Positions 1 to 6,524 of a stretch of 11,260 nucleotides of DNA are shown one piece after another. Position 1 is the first letter of the stretch. The number at the start of each line of letters is the position of its first letter. Both the position numbers and the translations under genes were made by a program. Source of the stretch: Candidatus Heimdallarchaeota archaeon (lineage in GTDB: Archaea; Asgardarchaeota; Heimdallarchaeia; Heimdallarchaeales; Kariarchaeaceae). The notes beneath the pieces are model-generated. The model saw only the letters and a program-made list of their open reading frames with translations, was not told where the DNA came from and searched no databases. The stretch lies in NCBI GenBank assembly GCA_015523565.1, contig WAKA01000153.1:1-11260 (forward strand), in the 5' to 3' direction.

Positions 1-2
1 AT

Positions 3-974
3 CAAATCGATACAAAGGTTATCGGCGGTTTGGTCATTGCAATAAATGAATTTACTGGAAAACCATCAAAAAGAACAATTCGCTCAATTGTGATGAAAGA
101 ATTCACAATAAAATTCTCAACTGAATTAGATGTCTTGTTTGTTTTCATTTCAAAGAAGGGCATTGCTGAAAACGAATTGCTAAACGATTTTGTCAATTCC
201 CTATTGGATGCATACTCCGTGTCTTTTCTGACAGAGGATAACGAAAACATGGAATGGAATGACAAGGTAGCTATTGCATTTGTAAAAATTATCTTGTTGC
301 TTTCAGAGGAGTATCAACCTTCCATTCATTTGGGAGATAAATTGACATTGGATCTAGAGCTTTTATTCTATGAAGCTGATAAGAGCTTATCAAAAGTCTT
401 AAGCAGTATATACATCGAAACTGGTCCCACGATTGAAGAAAAGACAGAGGAAGATGCGGATAGCTCAATTGAAAAAGAAGAACAGGAAACACAAGAGGAA
501 ATCTTGGAAAAAAGCACAATTGCTCTTGAAAAAGAAGCAGAAACGATAGAAGAAAAAACCTACTCGTCAACGGATTCAACCGCCTTTGAGCAAATTCAAA
601 CTAATCCAATAAAAACCATTGAATTTATGGTTCGCAAATTCAACCAATCATTCTCTGATATTGTCTTGACCACTATCGTTCTAACATCAAGTGATAATCA
701 AATTCAAACCATTTCAGAAGGAACACTCGCCAATCATATCTTGGAAAAACTTAATTCAACTGTTCTTGAACTTCTTCCAATTGTCTACTCATTGTGGGAC
801 AAGTCGAGCCAAGAACGAACCCTAGAACTCGGAGAATATTGGGCATTTTTTCAAAAGATAAACGAGTCATCATTCATGTATGTAATCACTAAAACGCAGG
901 ATTCCATTACCCTAATAGAACCTATTCTGGAAAGACTGGCATATTCGATTCAATCAATTGTCCCTACCCTATAA
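3..974 (+). CDS. Hypothetical multidomain protein, 5'-truncated: longin-like N-terminal domain, acidic linker, roadblock/LC7-like C-terminal domain
   Basis: The frame is open from position 3 (QIDTKVIGGLVIAINEF...), so the true start is probably outside the window. The N-terminal pattern D-x2-IGGL-x2-AI-x2-F...IRSIVM...I-x-F...VLFVFIS...helix resembles archaeal longin-like domains. The last ~120 aa show an alpha-beta-beta-alpha-beta-beta-beta-alpha hydrophobic pattern typical of roadblock domains. The fold calls are inference. Confidence 0.6.
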   Translation, partial: QIDTKVIGGLVIAINEFTGKPSKRTIRSIVMKEFTIKFSTELDVLFVFISKKGIAENELLNDFVNSLLDAYSVSFLTEDNENMEWNDKVAIAFVKIILLLSEEYQPSIHLGDKLTLDLELLFYEADKSLSKVLSSIYIETGPTIEEKTEEDADSSIEKEEQETQEEILEKSTIALEKEAETIEEKTYSSTDSTAFEQIQTNPIKTIEFMVRKFNQSFSDIVLTTIVLTSSDNQIQTISEGTLANHILEKLNSTVLELLPIVYSLWDKSSQERTLELGEYWAFFQKINESSFMYVITKTQDSITLIEPILERLAYSIQSIVPTL

Positions 975-1712
975 CTGTCTTCTCATTTGCCATTGTGCAT
1001 GTGGGACACCAATGACAATGAAATAATAAATGTATACGGCAAAGATTTTCCCTAAAGTGTCAAACCATGCTGATGGACTGTATGTCATTAATAGCATAAG
1101 CAATATGCCTAAAATGAATTGAAACAGGTCAAATGGATTGTCTATTTTCTTCATAGCCGTAAATGGCAGACTTGACATCATCAGTGCACTTACCAAAATT
1201 GAAGAAAAAGCCACAAAAATTGGGTGTACATTGTTTATCACATAAAATGATGCAATGAAAATCGCGGCAGGAGGTGATGGCATTCCATTGAAAACCCATG
1301 ATTTCTTTGAAATAACAAAACGTGAAAGTCTAAATGAAGCAGTTAATACATAAAAACTTGCAGTAACCCATCCAATGAAGGTGTTATATGGAATTAACAT
1401 ATCCAACAACATTAATGCTGGAGAAAGTCCAAAAGTAACTAAATCTGCATATGTGTCAAGTTTTGCACCAATGGGGAACTTGAAATTCGATCTTCGTGCC
1501 AACTTGCCATCGATTGCATCAAATGATGCTCCCAGTACCACCAAACGCGTTGCCAAAGTTCTTTCTAAAGGTGAGTTAATTGCGAAAAAGAAAATGATGA
1601 TGGATCCGCAAAGTGCATTGGCGAATGTAGAAAAATATGCTGAGACTGCATAAATATCCATTTTTATCCCAAAAAGTGTGATCTCTCTTTTTCCAATCTT
1701 GTCTAAATCCAT
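969..1712 (-). CDS. pssA: CDP-alcohol phosphatidyltransferase, phosphatidylserine/archaetidylserine synthase
   Basis: Complete signature DxxDGxxAR-x8-GxxxDxxxD (DAIDGKLARRSNFKFPIGAKLDTYAD) followed by VTFGLSPA, RLSRF and FNGMPSPPAA, all typical of PssA. Multiple TM helices; adjacent to psd. Start moved to ATG at 1712, 1 nt after the psd stop and preceded by AGGTGG. Confidence 0.9.
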   Translation of the reverse strand: MDLDKIGKREITLFGIKMDIYAVSAYFSTFANALCGSIIIFFFAINSPLERTLATRLVVLGASFDAIDGKLARRSNFKFPIGAKLDTYADLVTFGLSPALMLLDMLIPYNTFIGWVTASFYVLTASFRLSRFVISKKSWVFNGMPSPPAAIFIASFYVINNVHPIFVAFSSILVSALMMSSLPFTAMKKIDNPFDLFQFILGILLMLLMTYSPSAWFDTLGKIFAVYIYYFIVIGVPHAQWQMRRQL

Positions 1713-1713
1713 T

Positions 1714-2340
1714 TTATTCCACCTTTGCCAATGCAGTAATGCCTGCATTTACCTTATCACCTTCCTTGACCATTAATGTTAAACCTCTTTTGGTGGTAAT
1801 TCGAAGATTTGTTTGACTTCCAAATCTGATAATCCCTATTTTCTCACCTTGACCTATTCTTTCCCCGATTTTCACCCATGTGTCGATTCTTCGTGCAAAT
1901 GCTCCTGTCAACAGTAAAATTTCTATATCCATAATTTCTGATTTTGCTTGGATTAATTTTCGTTCATTTTTCTGCTCTGCTCCCGCAAAATATACGGATT
2001 TATGCTTGCCTGGTGTATGCATAATTTCTTCTATTTCCATGTCATATGGTGCACGAATCAAATGAACATCAAATGGGGACATTCTGACTGCAACATTTAA
2101 GTGAAAATTTCCCTCTCTTTGTTCTATCTCCGCCTTGATGACTGTTCCATCTGCGGCAGAATAAATCAAAACCCCATTTTTTTCAATTTTCCTTTTAGGG
2201 TCCCTAAAAAACCAAATCAGATAAATCCCAAAAAAGGATGAAATAATGGATATGTAAATTCCCCATGGTCTAAACAATGGGATCAGGAGAATTGGTGAAA
2301 AAAAAGGAAATATGTATTTCCATGAACCTTTTGCAATCAT
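1714..2340 (-). CDS. psd: Phosphatidylserine/archaetidylserine decarboxylase proenzyme (pyruvoyl-dependent)
   Basis: N-terminal membrane segment, FFRDPxR, SAADG, MSPFDVH, NER, and the autocleavage motif IRFG/SQT (Ser codon at 1816-1818). ATG at 2340 preferred over TTG at 2352. Confidence 0.93.
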   Translation of the reverse strand: MIAKGSWKYIFPFFSPILLIPLFRPWGIYISIISSFFGIYLIWFFRDPKRKIEKNGVLIYSAADGTVIKAEIEQREGNFHLNVAVRMSPFDVHLIRAPYDMEIEEIMHTPGKHKSVYFAGAEQKNERKLIQAKSEIMDIEILLLTGAFARRIDTWVKIGERIGQGEKIGIIRFGSQTNLRITTKRGLTLMVKEGDKVNAGITALAKVE

Positions 2341-2613
2341 TGCTATTTGCAAATCCAGTTGCTGAATTTTAATGCTTTAGATATATGGTTCCACCTTAGA
2401 TCTAACGATTTATTCACTTATGATTTCAATTCAATAAAATATCTCGCCCTTTTCTTTACCACACATTCCCCCTCTCATTCTCTTAAAATATTTGATCTCA
2501 AATGTTTTTTGACGAAAAAATATCCTGGAATTATTTTTAGGTTATTTTCCGATTAATTTTCCTACAACAATTTGATCAAAACTTCTTTCCTGATTGTCAG
2601 ACACAAAATGACC

Positions 2614-2640
2614 TAAGGGAAGACTATTAATTACCCCTTA
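2614..2640 (+). promoter_or_regulatory. Candidate TATA-like box (TATTAATTA, 2625-2633) for the HMGCS operon, bracketed by the inverted repeat TAAGGG-N15-CCCTTA
   Basis: Seen directly in the divergent intergenic region, ~60 nt upstream of the ATG at 2692. Function is inferred. Confidence 0.35.
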
Positions 2641-2691
2641 AAATTTTGAATCGTTCAAAATAGTTTTTGGACAGTCAAGTGAGTTGGTAAA

Positions 2692-3735
2692 ATGAGCCTA
2701 GGAATTTTAGGTTATGGTGTCTATATCCCTAGATATCGAATATCGGTACATGAAATCGCCAGAATCTGGCACGAGGACGGCGAATCCATTTCAAAAGGGA
2801 TTAACGTTATTGAAAAGGCTGTCCCGGCTATGGATGAAGATACTGCAACAATAAGTGTCACTGCTGTTCAGAATGCTCTTCGACATAGCGGTCTTTCTCC
2901 CTCTGAAATCGGCGCTATTTATGTTGGTAGTGAATCCCATCCATATGCCGTAAAGCCTACTGCTGTGACAGTTGCAGAGGCCATTGGCGCAACTCCACAT
3001 TTGACTGCGGCTGACTTGGAATTTGCCTGCAAGGCTGGAACTGCTGGTATGCAAATGGTCTTTGGTCTGGTTGCCGCTGACGAGATAAGGGCAGGTATTG
3101 CAGTAGGAACAGACTGTGCCCAAGGAAGACCTGGTGATGCACTTGAATATACTGCTGGTGCTGGTGGGGCGGCATTTGTCATTGGAAAAAACAAGCCTAT
3201 TGCAACCCTTGAAGGAATGTATTCATACACAACCGACACTCCTGATTTTTGGAGGAGAGAGGGCGCCAGATATCCTTCCCATGCAGGACGGTTTACGGGC
3301 GCCCCCTCATATTTCAGACATACACTGTCTGCTACACAAGGTCTCCTTGATAAATTAGGACTCTCACTGAATGATTTTGACAGGGTGTCATTTCATCAAC
3401 CCAATGGCAGATTTCCGTTAAGTGCCGCAAAAGCATTGGGCATACCCCTTGAAAAGATCCAAGATGCACTATGCGTCCGACGTATCGGCAATACATATAG
3501 TGCCTCAAGCATGATGGGGTTTGCCAGACAACTTGATTTGGCAAAGCCTGGTGAACGAATTCTTTTGGTTAGCTATGGCTCTGGCGCAGGTAGTGATGCA
3601 TTTTCGTTTGTTGTGACGGATGAGATACTTGAGAAAAGGGAGCGGTCAATTCCTGTGGACAAATACATGGATAGGCGAACTGAGCTTGATTATGCCCTTT
3701 ATGCCAAACATAGAGGGAAAATCATAATGAAATAA
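2692..3735 (+). CDS. Archaeal-type hydroxymethylglutaryl-CoA synthase
   Basis: GxYIPRYRI start, DEDTAT, GSESHPYAVKP (Glu81), DLEFACKAGT (Cys113), DTPDFWRR, FHQPNG (His235), IGNTYS and SYGSGAGSDAF. The catalytic triad is intact. 347 aa; clustered with thiolase and DUF35 genes. Confidence 0.96.
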   Translation: MSLGILGYGVYIPRYRISVHEIARIWHEDGESISKGINVIEKAVPAMDEDTATISVTAVQNALRHSGLSPSEIGAIYVGSESHPYAVKPTAVTVAEAIGATPHLTAADLEFACKAGTAGMQMVFGLVAADEIRAGIAVGTDCAQGRPGDALEYTAGAGGAAFVIGKNKPIATLEGMYSYTTDTPDFWRREGARYPSHAGRFTGAPSYFRHTLSATQGLLDKLGLSLNDFDRVSFHQPNGRFPLSAAKALGIPLEKIQDALCVRRIGNTYSASSMMGFARQLDLAKPGERILLVSYGSGAGSDAFSFVVTDEILEKRERSIPVDKYMDRRTELDYALYAKHRGKIIMK

Positions 3736-3749
3736 AGGAGCAATGCGGT

Positions 3750-4916
3750 ATGGGAAAAAATGAAAAAGTTGCAGTCATAAGCACTGGAATGACTGAATTT
3801 GGTGACCTCTACGAATATGAAATAACTGGTATTGCAAATCTTGCAATTTATGAAGCGTTGAACAATCTTCATATCAAAAAAGAGGAAATTGAATCCCTTT
3901 ATGTCGGAAATATGGGCTCCCATCTTTTTGAAGGACAGGAAAACTTGGGAAATCTTATAGCCACATATGCGGGTCTGACTTGTCCTGCGTTCAAAATTCA
4001 AGCGGCAGGTGCATCTGGGGCTGTGGCTCTGAGGAATGCGGTCAAGGGCATTCAATCTGGATCAAAAGAGCTTGTCATGGTTTTGGGCGTTGAAAAAATG
4101 ACTGAAGCCACTAAACAGCACGAGGCACAACTTGCATTGGCATCTGGATTGGATACCAATTGGGAAACAAGGATGGGCGCAACACTTGCTTCACTTTTTG
4201 CAATCATGGCTAGAGCACATATGAGGGAATATGGGACAACTAGGGAACAAATTGCTAACGTTGTGGTGAAAAACCATTATAACGCAAGCCTGAATCCCAA
4301 GGCCCAATACAAAAATCGAGTGCGAGTTGAAAGTGTCTTAAGATCCAAGCTTCTCTCAGATCCCTTAAGGCTATTTGATGCCTGTGCTTTAAGTGACGGC
4401 GCCGCATCTGTTGTTTTGGCAAGCGAGGAAGTTGCATATTCATATGACAGTGATCCTGTTTTCATCTATCAAATAAAGCAAGGATTCGCTCCAATTGCAC
4501 TTCATCAAAGGGAATCCCTGACTGAATTTTCAGGCACAAAGTTTGCTGCGGAAAAAGCATATCGGGATATGGGAATTACTGCTGCTGATATCTCTCTCGC
4601 TGAAGTCCATGATATCTTTTCCATTGCAGAGATCATTGCAATTGAATCACTAGGTCTTGTCGAGAAAGGCAAGGGTGGATTTGCCACGGAAAACGGTGAT
4701 ACTGCATTGGATGGGTCAATCCCAATCAATACCAGTGGGGGCTTGAAAGGACGTGGCGCTCCTCTCGGTGCCACAGGGGTAGCTCAAATTATAGAGCTCT
4801 TTGATCAAATCAAAGGAAATGCTGGAGACAGGCAAATCAAAGACATCAAGTATGCATTGGCTCATTCAATGGGCGGTACAGGTGGAACTTCAGTAGTTAG
4901 TATTTTAGGAAGGTGA
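3750..4916 (+). CDS. Archaeal/SCP2-type thiolase-family protein with substituted catalytic residues (probably not an active acetoacetyl-CoA thiolase)
   Basis: Thiolase fold motifs GMTEFG, GVEKM, KNHYNASLNPKAQ, SDGAASVVL, AEVHD, INTSGGL, GATG and MGGTG are present. AAGASG replaces AACASG, HDIF replaces HDCF, and GAP replaces GHP. Confidence 0.9.
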   Translation: MGKNEKVAVISTGMTEFGDLYEYEITGIANLAIYEALNNLHIKKEEIESLYVGNMGSHLFEGQENLGNLIATYAGLTCPAFKIQAAGASGAVALRNAVKGIQSGSKELVMVLGVEKMTEATKQHEAQLALASGLDTNWETRMGATLASLFAIMARAHMREYGTTREQIANVVVKNHYNASLNPKAQYKNRVRVESVLRSKLLSDPLRLFDACALSDGAASVVLASEEVAYSYDSDPVFIYQIKQGFAPIALHQRESLTEFSGTKFAAEKAYRDMGITAADISLAEVHDIFSIAEIIAIESLGLVEKGKGGFATENGDTALDGSIPINTSGGLKGRGAPLGATGVAQIIELFDQIKGNAGDRQIKDIKYALAHSMGGTGGTSVVSILGR

Positions 4917-4921
4917 ATAAA

Positions 4922-5320
4922 ATGGGTGTTGCAAGATCTTGGAGAACTCAAAAATCTCGATATCGATTGACTGGAAGCAAATGCACTAAATGCGGTGCTC
5001 TATATTTCCCTATAAATATTGTTTGCATTAAATGCACTAGCCTTGATCTAGAGGAATTCCAATTCTCTGGAAAAGCAAAACTTATTGAATGGACCAGGGT
5101 TGATGAGGCCGCCAAAGGGTTTGAGCACCTAGTTCCCTATTATTTTGGTATCGTTGAACTCGAAGAGGGTGTTAGAATCTCCACTCAGATCGTTGATGTT
5201 GTTGATGAAAATATTCTGCAACCTGGGCTTCAATTGCAAATGACATTCCGAAAGCTTGGTGAAGGGACAGAAGAAGGTATCATCAACTACGGATTGAAAG
5301 CGGAACCTGTAGATTGGTAA
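4922..5320 (+). CDS. DUF35 family Zn-ribbon/OB-fold protein (thiolase-HMGCS scaffold)
   Basis: YRLTGSKCTKCGALYFP...CIKC zinc ribbon, then the OB-fold pattern PYYFGIVELEEGVRISTQIVD...MTFRKL...IINYGLK. ATG at 4922 is preceded by AGGTGA; the alternative is GTG at 4913. Confidence 0.93.
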   Translation: MGVARSWRTQKSRYRLTGSKCTKCGALYFPINIVCIKCTSLDLEEFQFSGKAKLIEWTRVDEAAKGFEHLVPYYFGIVELEEGVRISTQIVDVVDENILQPGLQLQMTFRKLGEGTEEGIINYGLKAEPVDW

Positions 5321-5395
5321 AAAAACATTGGAAAACTATTGGAAAGAAACTAATGGAAAAAATCTTAATACTCAGTTAATATTATTGTTAATATT
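5312..5395. repeat. Short imperfect tandem repeats in the convergent intergenic region; likely terminator region
   Basis: Four A(T/A)TGG(A/T)AA units between 5312 and 5360, then three TTAATA units (5365, 5376, 5388). On the minus strand these read as oligo-T tracts downstream of raSEA. Confidence 0.4.
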
Positions 5396-5426
5396 GTATT
5401 GCAAAAAAAATCTTGAAATGGTGTGG

Positions 5427-6524
5427 TCAGTGTCCATTATATCCAAAAATTCCTTGACCTGATGAAAATGTTTCGGCAATCAACGTGTTTTCGTATATAT
5501 TTCTGCAAACACAGTCTATTCCTTCCAAATACTTCAGATTTTGGCTCCCTGAGAATTTTTTAAGGGATTCCTTGATTGAATTGTCACACTTGCCACAATT
5601 TCTTGGTCCCCTGTCCTTGCCTGCGGCAACTGGATCACTGATGACAATGATGTCCTTTCCAAGTCGCTTTATGGCAATTGTGACGTCCAAAACAGTCCAA
5701 AGCCAAGGTGGACTATAACCACCCCTTTTGAAAAGCATTTCCATCAATGTCCATTTGCCAATATAGCATGGATTGATTGAAATTCCATCCACACCTAACA
5801 TTATCATTTGTTTCGCAGAAAAAATTGCATCGTCTTTTGCAAGCTTTTCTGAAACAAAGATTGGCTTGAGAAGGATATATCCCTTGACTCTAAATCCGTA
5901 TTGTTTTAATAACCTGACTGCTCGCTCAAATTGCTTAACCGTATGTCCCTTATTGTTTGATCGTTTGTTAATCTCATCATTCATGGTTTCCTGTCCGATG
6001 GCGACAATGACCCTTGAGGGGTCTATGACTTTTTTCACACTATCCAAATGTTTTTTGATTACGTATTCGCATCTTGTCTCTATAACTATCTCCCTCACCT
6101 TTTTTGAAAATCGCCTTAAGATTTCCTCTCTAACTTCAATTGGAAGTTCCCATGGATCTAGGAAGCTTCCTGAGGTATAGAACTTCACTGCAAGTATTTG
6201 GTCTGAATACTTCTTGCTTTTTTCAACAAACATACGTTCTGCATTATCGGGAATTCTCTTGAGGTCTTCATCAGAGGGGTTCAACGGATTGTCAGAAGGA
6301 AGTGTACAAAATGAACACCCTCCATGTTTTGCTCTGGCATATTTACAAGCCCTAGTTGGCAGTACCATTGCAATTGCCTTTCCCATGGTGCCGTCAGGTA
6401 GTATATGGTTATCAACCCATGAGGTGATCTTTGTGTGTTGTTTTTCCCTATGGCTGTCTGAAATGACCCTTAATCTTCCGATTTCAACTGTAAATGCTTT
6501 TGCTTTCTCTGGACTTGCTCTCAT
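5427..6524 (-). CDS. raSEA: Archaeosine biosynthesis radical SAM protein RaSEA
   Basis: Non-canonical radical SAM motif TRAC-x9-CSFC, plus KFYTSGSFLD, IETRCE, YILLKP, YSPPWLW, RGPRNCGKCD and a C-terminal CxC. Translationally coupled to arcS (ATGA overlap at 6521-6524, GGAGGTGA upstream). Confidence 0.9.
   Translation of the reverse strand: MRASPEKAKAFTVEIGRLRVISDSHREKQHTKITSWVDNHILPDGTMGKAIAMVLPTRACKYARAKHGGCSFCTLPSDNPLNPSDEDLKRIPDNAERMFVEKSKKYSDQILAVKFYTSGSFLDPWELPIEVREEILRRFSKKVREIVIETRCEYVIKKHLDSVKKVIDPSRVIVAIGQETMNDEINKRSNNKGHTVKQFERAVRLLKQYGFRVKGYILLKPIFVSEKLAKDDAIFSAKQMIMLGVDGISINPCYIGKWTLMEMLFKRGGYSPPWLWTVLDVTIAIKRLGKDIIVISDPVAAGKDRGPRNCGKCDNSIKESLKKFSGSQNLKYLEGIDCVCRNIYENTLIAETFSSGQGIFGYNGH

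Noticed and set aside
969-974. 6-nt tail-to-tail overlap between the first ORF and pssA
   Set aside because: Short convergent overlaps are common in compact archaeal genomes.
1713-1748. N-terminal extension of PssA overlapping psd
   Set aside because: ATG at 1712 follows the psd stop by 1 nt and has a Shine-Dalgarno-like sequence, so the extension is unnecessary.
2347-2556. 69-aa ORF in the psd/HMGCS intergenic region
   Set aside because: TTG start, no RBS, F/L/K-biased composition typical of AT-rich non-coding DNA, and no recognisable motif.
3750-4916. Calling the thiolase-like gene a pseudogene
   Set aside because: It is full-length with no stops or frameshifts, and the structural motifs are conserved. 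The notable changes fall on catalytic positions, which fits retained non-canonical function better than decay.
2692-4916. Visibly higher GC content of the HMGCS and thiolase genes as a sign of horizontal transfer
   Set aside because: It can be explained by Gly/Ala-rich proteins. It was not quantified and there are no mobility signatures.
2692-5320. PhlABC-like Friedel-Crafts acyltransferase interpretation of the three-gene cluster
   Set aside because: In PhlABC the thiolase-like PhlC carries the catalytic Cys. Here the thiolase-like subunit lacks it, while the HMGCS has a canonical archaeal active site.
5321-5426. Possible CRISPR-like or MITE repeat
   Set aside because: The units are ~8 nt and imperfect, with no spacers of proper length, no terminal inverted repeats and no cas genes.
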